From the UHGV virus genome UHGV-1366603: a DNA stretch of 64,000 nt. One strand, written 5' to 3'. The notes under the pieces are model-generated. The model saw only the letters and a program-made list of their open reading frames with translations. It made no database searches and had not been told where the DNA came from. The DNA is from a virus. Made by a program: the position numbers and the translations under genes. Positions 53,989 through 63,993 of this stretch are shown here, piece by piece; the stretch's first letter is position 1; the number at the start of each line of letters is the position of its first letter.

Positions 53989-54051
53989 TACTTGCCCCTA
54001 ATCCGATTGGATTAGGGGTACTTTTATTTATTCCCCTAAAGGAGCAAAGGT

Positions 54052-54531
54052 ATGTTGAAGTTTATCTGGCGTTACCCAACCCGCTTTTGGTTCGTGGTAT
54101 TAGAGGTAATCACCGTTTTACTGTTAGTGACGTTCGTAAACGCCTCTACGAAACAAATGGTGATTTTCTGTGTATTCGTGGCTATACCGCTGTGGGTGTT
54201 TGCAAAGATTATTAAGTTTTACATGATAAGCTGGGCGAACTACACCTGTCCATTTAAACCCAGAGAAATCATGAACTGGTTGATGTATATCGAAGACCGT
54301 TTACCCGCTCAGTCTAAAACGTTAGGTTGGCAATCGATGTTGGATATTGCGCTAGAAACAAACGCAAAATTCCCTGGGTCAAAGAATCCTTATTTGCTGC
54401 TGGCTGTTATTGTTGCCCAGCAGAAACGTGCAGGCGAACGTTGGTTACCGAAAGAAGCGAAAGAGTATATTCGTAAACATCCGAAGGCTTTCTATTCCGT
54501 AGGTCAATGGCGTAACCTCCCACTCTTTTAA
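54052..54531 (+). CDS. Hypothetical membrane protein
   Basis: Two hydrophobic segments (FWFVVLEVITVLLLVTFV; MVIFCVFVAIPLWVFAKII); RBS aaaggag. Confidence 0.5.
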   Translation: MLKFIWRYPTRFWFVVLEVITVLLLVTFVNASTKQMVIFCVFVAIPLWVFAKIIKFYMISWANYTCPFKPREIMNWLMYIEDRLPAQSKTLGWQSMLDIALETNAKFPGSKNPYLLLAVIVAQQKRAGERWLPKEAKEYIRKHPKAFYSVGQWRNLPLF

Positions 54532-54583
54532 CTTTTTACAAAACCCTTAGTTGATTTGAACAAACCTAAAGAGGACTATTAAA

Positions 54584-55516
54584 ATGACTTTTCCATCTGA
54601 AGTAATTTACGAACTGGCTAACACACTGCGCCGTCGTTATAACTACCATATGCTGCAAACCAGCGTAGGTGCAACCGCTACCTTTCTGCGCAACCATTTC
54701 CTAGGCAGTAATCAATCTTCAATTACGCAGGAAATGGTTTTCTCTATCGATCGAACCACCAAAATTCTTCCGATTGACAGTGCAATTGCGGTTCAAAATG
54801 GTGATATGTTCAACTTCTCCATGGGAATGCGCCATACAACCGTTACTGTTGACCCAAACGTAGGGATCGAACATTCTTTCATGCGCAACCCGTATCCTCT
54901 CCCGGATAGCTGGTTCGTTGTTGTAGAACAAGGGGTGAATCAGTACGAAGTTGTTGCGGCACGCGACGAGTCTTTCTTTGACTTGGGGCAGATTTCGCGC
55001 CGCCTGGAAATTGCTCTCGAACTTCGCCAAGGCAATATCGGATTAAATGGGGGCGTCGTCTACTTCATCCTGAGCAACTGGGCGCATGTGAGCTACGTCC
55101 TGAGAAAAGCTGACGCAACGTTCCACGCAACAGAAGTAAATTACCTCTCCGCTGAGAATGAAGATCAAGACGAAGAAGAAACCGTCCCTGGTACAGAAGT
55201 CGCCGTTTGCGAAGACTACGATGATCTGAAATCTGTGCTTGTTAAGCGCGATGTTTTCGAATCGTTAAACCTGGATTTCCCTGGTGACGAAAATGAAATA
55301 TCCGTAGCTGACCTGGTAGAAGCATTGTGTCAGAAAGACCAAGCTAATGAAATCAGTGACGAAGAAGCGGAACTCTTCCAAGTTCAACAACTCGTCAGCA
55401 AGGTTATCGGCGGCCAGGAAATCGTTGACACCCTTATGGCTTTACCAGCGAAGAAACGCACTCAAAAGTACATTCGTGAACTGGTTCTTAAAAATCTGGG
55501 TCAAACCAAAAAGTAA
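54584..55516 (+). CDS. Hypothetical acidic protein, paralog of 55577..56125
   Basis: Shared N-terminus (MTFPSEVIYELA vs MFPSSEYLTHLA) and motif GGVVYFILSNWAHV vs GNTVYFIFRTWNDV. Confidence 0.5.
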   Translation: MTFPSEVIYELANTLRRRYNYHMLQTSVGATATFLRNHFLGSNQSSITQEMVFSIDRTTKILPIDSAIAVQNGDMFNFSMGMRHTTVTVDPNVGIEHSFMRNPYPLPDSWFVVVEQGVNQYEVVAARDESFFDLGQISRRLEIALELRQGNIGLNGGVVYFILSNWAHVSYVLRKADATFHATEVNYLSAENEDQDEEETVPGTEVAVCEDYDDLKSVLVKRDVFESLNLDFPGDENEISVADLVEALCQKDQANEISDEEAELFQVQQLVSKVIGGQEIVDTLMALPAKKRTQKYIRELVLKNLGQTKK

Positions 55517-55523
55517 TATAAGT

Positions 55524-55558
55524 CCCCTACTCCTCCGGGAGTAGGGTTATTCTTTTTT
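55524..55558 (+). terminator. Intrinsic terminator
   Basis: Hairpin cccctactcc-tccg-ggagtaggg followed by T-run. Confidence 0.7.
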
Positions 55559-55576
55559 CCATCTTAGGAGTATTAA

Positions 55577-56125
55577 ATGTTTCCATCGTCTGAATATTTA
55601 ACCCACCTGGCTTACGGTATTCGTCGTGGTTCTGTTTTCCGTACACGTTTAAAGGATATAAATTTCCTGGCTAATTTCTTATTTGATCGTTTGGGAGATG
55701 GCAATAGCGTTTACAAAAAGATCACCACAACACAACTTTATTCCCTTATAGCAGCATCGGAAATTGTACCTACAGATATTTGGCGATTCAAACGGTATTG
55801 CGAGGGAATTACGATCAGTTTTCTTGATCATTCTCCGATTACCGTTGAAATCGTCGATCGCGTTGATATTAATAGTGAAGTATCAGGTTGGAAGATTCTG
55901 TTCGATTGTGGCAATCGTTATGCGGTACTTGGTTCCTCTGATGAGCGTGACTTCCCATTCGACAAACCCTACTACTACCTCAACGAGGATGAATTCCCGG
56001 ATAAAGAATCCAATATCTTTTTAAACGGGAATACCGTTTACTTCATTTTTCGTACCTGGAACGATGTTGCTGCTATGATTGCTCAAGGCGTCATCGATTA
56101 CCGTAAACTAGAAGTCGACATTTAA
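55577..56125 (+). CDS. Hypothetical protein, paralog of 54584..55516
   Basis: 182-aa ORF with RBS aggag. Confidence 0.5.
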   Translation: MFPSSEYLTHLAYGIRRGSVFRTRLKDINFLANFLFDRLGDGNSVYKKITTTQLYSLIAASEIVPTDIWRFKRYCEGITISFLDHSPITVEIVDRVDINSEVSGWKILFDCGNRYAVLGSSDERDFPFDKPYYYLNEDEFPDKESNIFLNGNTVYFIFRTWNDVAAMIAQGVIDYRKLEVDI

Positions 56126-56136
56126 AATAAAAGCTA

Positions 56137-56168
56137 CCCTACTCCCGAAAAGGAGTAGGGTAATTTCT
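56137..56168. terminator. Bidirectional intrinsic terminator
   Basis: Hairpin ccctactcc-cgaaa-aggagtaggg, T-rich on both sides, between convergent genes. Confidence 0.65.
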
Positions 56169-56169
56169 T

Positions 56170-56793
56170 TTAGTTAACTAACCCGTTAGCTTTAAGAATC
56201 TCTAACATCTGGTTGTTTAACTCTTTTAATTTTTTGTTTTCGTTTGTCAACGAAGTAACCTGTTCTGACAACGGAATAGCCTCCCGAATTTTCCTTTTCC
56301 GAGCTGCTTCCATTTGCAGGTGTTGCTCCTCCGTCACTTTCCCTTCATACTCCATGGTCGTGATTTCGACTTTCGGGTCGATACCCAACGTTCGGGTAAG
56401 AATATCCGAAACGTCTTTAGTCATCACCGACACATCTACGTAATCCGGTACAAACGATAAGTCCACTACCATCACATTACGCTGATACGCAATCCCCGAT
56501 AAACCAGGACACGATTCTACGTAAGTATCGGGGATATAAACGACTTGGCCATCGCGTGATTTAAACGTAAGTATTGACGCGTTAACGGTGGCATCAGCAA
56601 GATATTCTTCTCGCTCCAACCCGACAGGCTTGTAATACTCGTTGTAAACATCAATATTCTGACGTACTAAATCTGGGAAGGTACGTGATGCCTCCACCGT
56701 GAAGATAACCGTTTCGGCTAACGTAAACGGTGTTTTTACCTTAAATAAACCCGTTGTGTTAACGGGAACCAAAAGAGGTAAACGCGTAGCCAT
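56170..56793 (-). CDS. Hypothetical protein
   Basis: 207-aa ORF; C-terminal coiled-coil-like segment. Confidence 0.5.
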   Translation of the reverse strand: MATRLPLLVPVNTTGLFKVKTPFTLAETVIFTVEASRTFPDLVRQNIDVYNEYYKPVGLEREEYLADATVNASILTFKSRDGQVVYIPDTYVESCPGLSGIAYQRNVMVVDLSFVPDYVDVSVMTKDVSDILTRTLGIDPKVEITTMEYEGKVTEEQHLQMEAARKRKIREAIPLSEQVTSLTNENKKLKELNNQMLEILKANGLVN

Positions 56794-56796
56794 TCA

Positions 56797-58170
56797 TTAC
56801 TCCTCGTCGATTTCAGTGTACCATTTCGCTTTACGAGACAGTATGCGATATTCGACGTTATCGTATTCGAACACCCAGAAGTAGTTATCGGGATCAGCTT
56901 CATCAACGAGTTTCACGACATCCAGACTGGTCTGGTACGGATGGTATTCTTCCGCTGCGATTAACGCCTGGAAGAACAACGCTAACCACTCGGTGGTGGA
57001 TTTCGACATTCGTGCAATGTCTGGGTTTGTTGTTGCAATCAGTGCATAGTCTGGTAACGTTTCGTGTAAGGTATTCTTACGGGTGTCATTCTCAGGACCA
57101 CTGATAACCACCATGTTCAGTGATTTATACACAGTAGGTAAATCGGTAACATCCGTCGTCGGTTTGCTTACCGTTTTACTATTTCTTTCTGCAACAGACT
57201 GATCAGACCATTCCCCAAACTTTGTAATGGCTTTGACCCAGAAATCATATGGAAGGATGGGGGAATAGAGAGCCGCCACGTCTTCCTCATTCGGTATACC
57301 ACGGATTTTCCACCCCGGAACCATTGTGAATTTCGTGGTGGTAAAGATCTCAGGGAATACCTTCACTCCAATCGGAACCGTAAAGCTGGAGTTTGCAAGA
57401 ATATGTTCACGCAACGCTTGCTTTATTTTCGTTGGGTTTTTTCCTGCGCGTCCGTAAATGATAACCGACATTGGAACAACCAGTGTTGACTCGTAGTTTT
57501 CTTGGTCATGCCAGGTGTAGTAGTTAGTCTGGATGGCAGTATACGGGAACCCTGCCATTAACTCGTTGATTTTCTTATGGTGTTCGGTAAGGTTAAACCC
57601 TTCCATCGCTTTTTCAACGACTGACTTCGTGGCCAAAAACGTGTCGATTGGCTCAATCGGCATTTGCACTTCGATTTCATAACCCGTGTAGTCCTGGTCG
57701 AAGTCTTCATCCGAGAACCAAACTATGATTTGGTTATCTACATCAGTGTCATCTTGTACTTGATCTGCTGTTGCTTCATATTTCCAGCTCACCCAACGTG
57801 GGAACCAGTTACTGTTCGTCTGGATCATCGCACCGGATTGAACACCGGAAATGGTTGATTGGAATTGGCCTAATAATAGGCGCTGGAATTCAAGTTCGTC
57901 ATTTCTCAGATTCCCCAAGATGGCTTGCTGGTAAATCCATTGAGAAACGGTTAGAATATGATCAGAAAACTCGGCTGGAACAACAACCGTCTGTTTTTCT
58001 CGTTTAGACGTAAATGTCACCAACTGCACTTGCAGATTGGATTTAGTAAACGTCTGTTTACTCTTCGCGTACGAGAGGGTCAGATCAGACAGCTCACCTA
58101 CCGGAGCGGTGACGCCGTCCTGATTGTCAAACAGAGCCGGTATCTGAATAAAACCTTGTAAGTCTAACAT
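56797..58170 (-). CDS. Hypothetical protein (about 457 aa)
   Basis: Track ORF ends at 58230; trimmed to internal ATG at 58168-58170 (GGAG about 13 nt upstream) to avoid overlap with the divergent + gene. Confidence 0.45.
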   Translation of the reverse strand: MLDLQGFIQIPALFDNQDGVTAPVGELSDLTLSYAKSKQTFTKSNLQVQLVTFTSKREKQTVVVPAEFSDHILTVSQWIYQQAILGNLRNDELEFQRLLLGQFQSTISGVQSGAMIQTNSNWFPRWVSWKYEATADQVQDDTDVDNQIIVWFSDEDFDQDYTGYEIEVQMPIEPIDTFLATKSVVEKAMEGFNLTEHHKKINELMAGFPYTAIQTNYYTWHDQENYESTLVVPMSVIIYGRAGKNPTKIKQALREHILANSSFTVPIGVKVFPEIFTTTKFTMVPGWKIRGIPNEEDVAALYSPILPYDFWVKAITKFGEWSDQSVAERNSKTVSKPTTDVTDLPTVYKSLNMVVISGPENDTRKNTLHETLPDYALIATTNPDIARMSKSTTEWLALFFQALIAAEEYHPYQTSLDVVKLVDEADPDNYFWVFEYDNVEYRILSRKAKWYTEIDEE

Positions 58171-58195
58171 AATTAAAAATACTCCGAGGTGAGCA

Positions 58196-58699
58196 ATGGG
58201 TTCATTTCTTAAAGTGCTTCCGTTCTTCATTCAGATGTTGATGGAAGCATTTAAACCAGGAGAAGGAGAAAACGTATCAAGAGCAAACAAGATAATGACT
58301 TTAATCATCACGGTCTTGTTATCCTATTCGACTTTCGTCTCCTATGCGTACGTAGTGCAGTTTCACAAGCTCGTTACAGTACAATCTCATGATCAATACA
58401 TGTCGCAATCTTACCAAGAGATGAAGCAAGATCGTGACAAACTGAAAGATGATAATGGTAGATTATACGACAAGCTCTTTATTTGCCTCGGCCAGAAACC
58501 GCCATATGAAAGCGGGTACAGCACGGTAAAAGAAGACAACTCTACCAAAGATTTAACACCTAAGAAACCAGAAACTCCTGTTAGCCCAGCTTCAACACCA
58601 GAACAACGCAAAGAAGCTTCGGCGCGACCTGTTGGTAGTCAAAACGCTAACAGTTTCCGTCAGGAGATCATAAAGACGTTATCCTCACCTAAGGAGTAA
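58196..58699 (+). CDS. Membrane-anchored protein with coiled coil and Pro-rich tail
   Basis: RBS gaggtg; hydrophobic segment IMTLIITVLLSYSTFVSYAYVV, then charged heptad-like region. Confidence 0.5.
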   Translation: MGSFLKVLPFFIQMLMEAFKPGEGENVSRANKIMTLIITVLLSYSTFVSYAYVVQFHKLVTVQSHDQYMSQSYQEMKQDRDKLKDDNGRLYDKLFICLGQKPPYESGYSTVKEDNSTKDLTPKKPETPVSPASTPEQRKEASARPVGSQNANSFRQEIIKTLSSPKE

Positions 58700-58702
58700 C
58701 TG

Positions 58703-59158
58703 ATGAAATTGCTGTTATTCATCATGATTTTGTGCGTGGGTTTGGTGAGTAATAGCTATGGAGAACCCGGTAAACGGCCATCCTATACTGCGTTACAACC
58801 TCCGCCAGCGCCGCCTATCATGCTAAATTGGAAGATTGATAAAGACGCGATGCGGGAATATGTTGCGGATGTGAATACATACGCTTATTACGTTTATCTC
58901 TACACACGAAACTTAAATCAACAAGCAGTCAAGCGCGGGTGGAATCCACCGATGTTAGCGCCTATCTGCGAACGGTTTGAAATTCCTAAATTACATTCCG
59001 TTCCAGAGAAGATGTTATTAGACGACAAAGCGTTAACGCCACAAGAAATCAGTCGCGATTTATCACGTAAACTGAATTCGTTGTTGTGGAATTATCGCTC
59101 TGACCGGCAAGCTTTATTAGACGCCTACGATCAGTATCTGACAACGTGTTTGAACTGA
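58703..59158 (+). CDS. Secreted protein with Pro-rich N-terminal mature region
   Basis: Signal peptide MKLLLFIMILCVGLVSNSYG; mature start EPGKRPSYTALQPPPAPP. Confidence 0.5.
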   Translation: MKLLLFIMILCVGLVSNSYGEPGKRPSYTALQPPPAPPIMLNWKIDKDAMREYVADVNTYAYYVYLYTRNLNQQAVKRGWNPPMLAPICERFEIPKLHSVPEKMLLDDKALTPQEISRDLSRKLNSLLWNYRSDRQALLDAYDQYLTTCLN

Positions 59159-59163
59159 CAACG

Positions 59164-59203
59164 CCTCCTGTATCCTTCGGGGTACAGGAGGTATTTTCTT
59201 TTT
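59164..59203 (+). terminator. Intrinsic terminator
   Basis: Hairpin cctcctgtatcc-ttcg-gggtacaggagg followed by T-run. Confidence 0.7.
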
Positions 59204-59245
59204 AACGTTTAACCCCCTTCTAATGTATAGAGAAAGGAGCTTAAC

Positions 59246-59980
59246 ATGACATACCCGAAAACGATTCAACCTACCTTACCGACGCTGGTAATCGGTGCTG
59301 ACGCAGAAACCAAATCACTGCGTCCTGATGCGTATCTGTTAACCACAGGCTTAGTTGCCTTTGACGTACCGACTTTAAAAATGGTAGGGTCGTCGTATAT
59401 GCGTATTGATCCTAACGACCCTAAAGCAAAAGCTGTGTTCCACGAAGACCCGCAAACCGTGGGGTGGTGGGAAGGTAAAGGAGAACCTGAATACGCACCG
59501 TCTCGCGAAGCCTATACGGAAGCATGGGGCGGTACTACACCTATGCCGGAAGCGCTGTGGGCGATGCGTAAGTGGTTAGACGAAATCACCGGTAAACACA
59601 ATTTTGTTATCACCATGCGTGGCCCGGATTTCGATTCTCCGATTTTCATGAACGCGTTCGCACAATGTGACGTCCCTCCAGGTAAGTTCCGTAAATTCAG
59701 CGCGTTAGACAGCGACCGCACCGCAGAACGTTTAGCGTTGGCGTTTGGTTTTGAACCTGACTTGACCGTTGAGCAAGTTTACTGGACGCGTGGCAAACCT
59801 GCATTTGAACACCATGCTTTGTGGGACGCTGCGAAAGAAGCGTACACCACCGCACGTATTTATCACCTTGCACTGATTACCCGCGAGTATGGGTACGAAC
59901 GTGCTAAAGCCTGTCACGAAGAACTGAAAACCGGTGAATATATTCCACCACAGATTCGTGATCAGTTAACCAGGGATTAA
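59246..59980 (+). CDS. DEDDh-type (DnaQ-like) 3'-5' exonuclease
   Basis: Exo I-like GADAET (D-x-E) near N-terminus and Exo III-like HHALWDAAKEA (H-x4-D) near C-terminus. Confidence 0.55.
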   Translation: MTYPKTIQPTLPTLVIGADAETKSLRPDAYLLTTGLVAFDVPTLKMVGSSYMRIDPNDPKAKAVFHEDPQTVGWWEGKGEPEYAPSREAYTEAWGGTTPMPEALWAMRKWLDEITGKHNFVITMRGPDFDSPIFMNAFAQCDVPPGKFRKFSALDSDRTAERLALAFGFEPDLTVEQVYWTRGKPAFEHHALWDAAKEAYTTARIYHLALITREYGYERAKACHEELKTGEYIPPQIRDQLTRD

Positions 59981-59982
59981 GA

Positions 59983-61494
59983 ATGAAGAACGTTGATGTT
60001 GCTGTACTTTATACCGACGGTAGCCATTTAACCTCACCGATGGGAACAGGCGGTGGGATTCACGGTTACCTGTTTAATAAGGAAGAAATTGTTGACGGTG
60101 GCGTTTATCGCCACCCTACCATTCCCGAAGGGATTACAACCTCCGGCTATCGCCAGATTAACAAAGAGGAAAAACTTCCTGCGTTACCAGACTCTGTTGA
60201 GTTCGTGGACTGTGTTATTCCGGTACCGAAACACCACCACTCTGACGTTGCAGAGATTGTTGCTTTTTTAACCGTTTTCGAAAAAGCACCGTTCGTTGCA
60301 AAGAACTACATTATCTATATCGATGCGTCTTACGTTGTGAATACGTTTAACGATTGGATTGACGGTTGGGCTAAGCGGGACTGGCGACGGGCTGATGGAA
60401 CCCCTATCGCGAACCTTGAGCTGGTTCAACGGATGTGGGAAATTAAGAAACGTCTGAAGCGTGAAGGAAAAGGGATTCGTGTTCTTAAAATCAAAGGACA
60501 CTCTGGTCACTACGGTAACGAACGGGCTGACGGGCTGGCACGAAAAGGATCGTCCATCTCTGCACACGGAGAAGGCTTAGATTATCAGGCGTACTGGTCA
60601 GCAGACGAAATCCCGGAAGAACAGCAGGAAGAAATCGTCAGTGAAGGCGTTAACGTTGCCGCGTTTCCTGATATTTGCGTAACTAAGTTCTGTTACCCGA
60701 TGGTAAATGAGCAGCACCCTACAGTTAAAGTAAACGGTGAAAATCTCTATTACATGTTCGGGGGTAACCACGCAAAACAGAAGGACGATATTGTCTTCGT
60801 CGGAAAATACATTCCTGATGCGCAGTTTTGTGTGATGTTTACACGTGAGCCGTGGACAAACGTTTACGATTTGGTTAACACCCACGCTGCTAAAGCCTGG
60901 GAAGGTGTGCCGCGTTTGCGTCAGTTTGACCCTATCGCAGTTGTTTTTAACCTGTTCGTAAAACGTAAGAAGTTTGCGGAAGCAGCGGCTAACGGTATTC
61001 CGGTTGACAAAATGCACTTTAGCGAAGACAAAAACCTGTGGATGTACGAAGACTTGTCCATCAGTCGTATTCTGCGTCCTGCGTTATTGTCTTACCGTTG
61101 CATTTCCATTCGTGATGAACTGGCAGTGTGGCTGCGTGACTGTTTGGAAGGCAAATCAAACGTTGTCTTAAATGACATTACCGATTTGCTTTATGACGAA
61201 AAAGGTAAACCCACCAAAGACTTTTACCGAAACGTGGATAAAGGGTTTGACGTCTCCATTAAAATCCCTAACGGGAAGGTTGCCGTTAAAACTATTTTGA
61301 CGCGTGCTATCGACTTACCGACGCGTACGGAAATCAACCGTATCAAAGAACCGAATGGACGATTCTACGTCGCTGTACGTCGTCCAGAACGTCAGTACGT
61401 TGAATACGCGTTAGTGTATATCGGTGAGAAGTATCACGGTCTGTGGTGTGGTTATTATTCAAACAAACGAATATTGACCGATAAGGAACTTTGA
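59983..61494 (+). CDS. RNase H-like (RNase HI-type) domain protein with C-terminal extension
   Basis: LYTDGS, IYIDASY and KIKGHSGHYGNERADGLARKG fit the catalytic Asp/Glu/Asp/His pattern of RNase HI-type domains. Confidence 0.6.
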   Translation: MKNVDVAVLYTDGSHLTSPMGTGGGIHGYLFNKEEIVDGGVYRHPTIPEGITTSGYRQINKEEKLPALPDSVEFVDCVIPVPKHHHSDVAEIVAFLTVFEKAPFVAKNYIIYIDASYVVNTFNDWIDGWAKRDWRRADGTPIANLELVQRMWEIKKRLKREGKGIRVLKIKGHSGHYGNERADGLARKGSSISAHGEGLDYQAYWSADEIPEEQQEEIVSEGVNVAAFPDICVTKFCYPMVNEQHPTVKVNGENLYYMFGGNHAKQKDDIVFVGKYIPDAQFCVMFTREPWTNVYDLVNTHAAKAWEGVPRLRQFDPIAVVFNLFVKRKKFAEAAANGIPVDKMHFSEDKNLWMYEDLSISRILRPALLSYRCISIRDELAVWLRDCLEGKSNVVLNDITDLLYDEKGKPTKDFYRNVDKGFDVSIKIPNGKVAVKTILTRAIDLPTRTEINRIKEPNGRFYVAVRRPERQYVEYALVYIGEKYHGLWCGYYSNKRILTDKEL

Positions 61495-62162
61495 TGCTGA
61501 TTGTTTTTAGTCATGCGTTATCGATGGCACCGAGTTATATTCAGATACGCTTTTCAGCAATTGCGCGTCAGCAGTGGGGCTTTAAAGCCCCCTATTCTGA
61601 CGACCACTATACTCTTGGTGAAGTAGCACTTGAACTTGCCTTACGCTCATTGTGGGAAATCATCGCATTGTATAATGCAGGTTGTGATATACCGAAAGAT
61701 TGTTTCCCGCAACGGTTGATTGCGCAAGGTACTACGAACACTTACGGTAATCCGGCATTGGTAGAAGAGTGCTTAGGCTACGCTAACCAGTCTGGGGAAC
61801 TGCAACACAACTTTAATCTGGTGATTAACAAAGTCTGGAGTGAGCTGGAAAGCTATCCTGAAAAGATTATCTGGTTTGATCGTAACCAATTCGTTAAGGA
61901 GGTGGCCAGTAAACGACCTGTTCGTTTAGTTACCTTAAAACCCGCCGACCTTGATTTGAAACAAACGTATCCCTTCCCGGAAGAAATTCGGCTTTCTCCA
62001 GAAACTGTAGGTCACACTATTTTCAAACAAGGTGACGCCTGGATATTGCCTCACGATCTAGACCGTTTCCTGCTCAACTCCGATCAGATTCACTCCGGCT
62101 ATGATTCTCTCGTGAAAGCGTTTCACATCGATCCCTATTTCGCTAAAAACTTTCTTAGATAG
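61491..62162 (+). CDS. Hypothetical protein
   Basis: 223-aa ORF; ATGA overlap with upstream gene. Confidence 0.5.
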   Translation: MMLIVFSHALSMAPSYIQIRFSAIARQQWGFKAPYSDDHYTLGEVALELALRSLWEIIALYNAGCDIPKDCFPQRLIAQGTTNTYGNPALVEECLGYANQSGELQHNFNLVINKVWSELESYPEKIIWFDRNQFVKEVASKRPVRLVTLKPADLDLKQTYPFPEEIRLSPETVGHTIFKQGDAWILPHDLDRFLLNSDQIHSGYDSLVKAFHIDPYFAKNFLR

Positions 62163-62199
62163 ATATTATTCAGGTGTAGAACCCTCGGAGTTAATCACC

Positions 62200-62937
62200 A
62201 TGTTGAAAGTTTATGTCCCTCAATTACAACGTATTAATCCCTCGTTGTTCGAGGGACTCTTTTATAAAATTTGGCCACAATACTTCAATGAACGCCTGAA
62301 AGACCCAAAATGGTCAACTGTCCAAGGAGAATTCTTTTACACCGCACAAACAGCCTGTACAAATGTCTTTACTCACCTCATCTCTGAGGTTATTGACGCT
62401 ATCAACACCAACCGAAACTTTGACCTTCGTGACATCATAATAGATCTCTCAGCAATCTTCGATAACTACGATTGTGATGACGCCGTATTCGAACATTTCT
62501 CCTCTGAAGATGTCTGGGAGGCCGTTTATCAATGGCTAGAATACTACGTAAATTTTCTACTTTCCCCGAACATGTTAGAAAATTACAATAAAGCACTCTT
62601 TCCCATTTATAACGACTTAATGAACGTCAAACGAACAAAGAATCTCGTTGGTTTCTGGTATTCGACTTATGACGCTGAATGTAAGTTGTGGGAAAAAGAA
62701 ATGATTGCTTACGGTATCGAGCGCGATGATTTTGATGAATTACATCGTGGTTATTGGCCGTTCAATCATTACGAAAATGGGTGTCATGGCGATCCGTATT
62801 TGTGGTCTTTTTATTTCTGTAATCAGACTGGTGTTATCTATCTTGAAGACACCGGTGTGCGAATCCCTAACGGTGCGGATGTGACATACTGCCAGTTACG
62901 TAAAGACCGGGCTGACGTCATTTATCAGGATTATTAA
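62200..62937 (+). CDS. Hypothetical protein
   Basis: 245-aa ORF; degenerate copy of the promoter-like motif (agatattattcaggtg) at 62163-62181. Confidence 0.5.
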   Translation: MLKVYVPQLQRINPSLFEGLFYKIWPQYFNERLKDPKWSTVQGEFFYTAQTACTNVFTHLISEVIDAINTNRNFDLRDIIIDLSAIFDNYDCDDAVFEHFSSEDVWEAVYQWLEYYVNFLLSPNMLENYNKALFPIYNDLMNVKRTKNLVGFWYSTYDAECKLWEKEMIAYGIERDDFDELHRGYWPFNHYENGCHGDPYLWSFYFCNQTGVIYLEDTGVRIPNGADVTYCQLRKDRADVIYQDY

Positions 62938-62938
62938 C

Positions 62939-63487
62939 ATGAAATTACTTATTGATTTCTCTCTGAGCTCGTCACGAGACAGGCTAAATAAAATACTTAC
63001 TGAAATGCGAAATAAAGTGACGTTAGAACTGCACGACGCGATAGCGGTGTACGAGAGAAAGCTAACAAAAGAGAACAACGGGGAAACCGTGGTGATCTTA
63101 GACGCTAAGGCGATGGTGGATTTTCTGGTAGACGTATTAGAAAGGCGGATTCACGCAGTGATAGAACGACCTTATCTGGTTCGTGTAACTGACCCAGACA
63201 CTACGGTAGAATCAATACTGGAAAAGGCGTTCGTCGACGCAGCACACTATTTACAAAACCATTCCCCAGACGATTTCGAAACGATTTACGTTGGCGTTAT
63301 ACAGCAACAGAATGCTGAAACCAACATCGTGGATACCGTCTGCTGGAGCGATATCCTTACTAATGAAACCATGTCTCGTATTCGAGATATCTTTATTGAA
63401 AATCTGGCATTAGTGAAAAGGGTGTGTAGTTCCGAGATTATTTATTTATCATCAAAACTTCAACCCGCTAAGACAAGCACCGTTTAA
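62939..63487 (+). CDS. Hypothetical protein
   Basis: 182-aa ORF starting 2 nt after upstream stop. Confidence 0.5.
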   Translation: MKLLIDFSLSSSRDRLNKILTEMRNKVTLELHDAIAVYERKLTKENNGETVVILDAKAMVDFLVDVLERRIHAVIERPYLVRVTDPDTTVESILEKAFVDAAHYLQNHSPDDFETIYVGVIQQQNAETNIVDTVCWSDILTNETMSRIRDIFIENLALVKRVCSSEIIYLSSKLQPAKTSTV

Positions 63488-63504
63488 CTTAAGGAGATTA
63501 AAAC

Positions 63505-63993
63505 ATGAATTTAAATCAAATTATCGCTTTGAAAAACTCAGACATCATTCATGAATTCCTCAACCATACCGACCGTGTACATGCCACGATCAGAAATAAA
63601 CTCGCACCAATGGTCGTCGATACTCCCTGGATGGCTGGCGTTGCCAGCGACTACATCGAAAATAGTTACAGAGCCCGACTTATAACGAATCTGGATGATT
63701 TCTTTGTTGGTTTCTTTGGCGGAATCACAAAATCATTTATCGATAGACGGTTATACGGAATCCGTATTGAAACATTACAATCGCTAATTAACGAATACCA
63801 TAACGGTTTTATCCCAGCAATTGTACCGCCTTATGCAGAAGGTGAGTGGCGTCGTTTCTATAGTCAAATTTGGGGCAATGAAGCACACTCACACGGTATT
63901 GTGGAAATCATTAGCTACGATCAAGGTATGCTCGCACTACACCTGTGGGAATGGCTAAAAGCTAACTATCCAAATTACGTCAAGATCGACTAA
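63505..63993 (+). CDS. Hypothetical protein
   Basis: 162-aa ORF with RBS aaggag. Confidence 0.5.
   Translation: MNLNQIIALKNSDIIHEFLNHTDRVHATIRNKLAPMVVDTPWMAGVASDYIENSYRARLITNLDDFFVGFFGGITKSFIDRRLYGIRIETLQSLINEYHNGFIPAIVPPYAEGEWRRFYSQIWGNEAHSHGIVEIISYDQGMLALHLWEWLKANYPNYVKID

Noticed and set aside
56797-58230. Upstream ATG at 58230 as start of the minus-strand 477-aa ORF
   Set aside because: It would overlap the divergent + gene start at 58196; the internal ATG at 58170 with an upstream GGAG is preferred, though unverified.
58196-59158. Membrane-anchored coiled-coil protein plus Pro-rich secreted protein as an i-spanin/o-spanin pair
   Set aside because: The second protein lacks a lipobox (Cys preceded by Leu, not Gly/Ala/Ser) and is long for an o-spanin, and the pair is about 45 kb from the endolysin genes; kept as hypothetical.
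1-63993. Prophage or mobile-element boundaries, integrase, transposase, tRNA genes
   Set aside because: No recombinase-like ORF, no att-like direct repeats and no tRNA-like cloverleaf candidates were seen in intergenic regions; the window looks like an internal part of a virulent phage genome.
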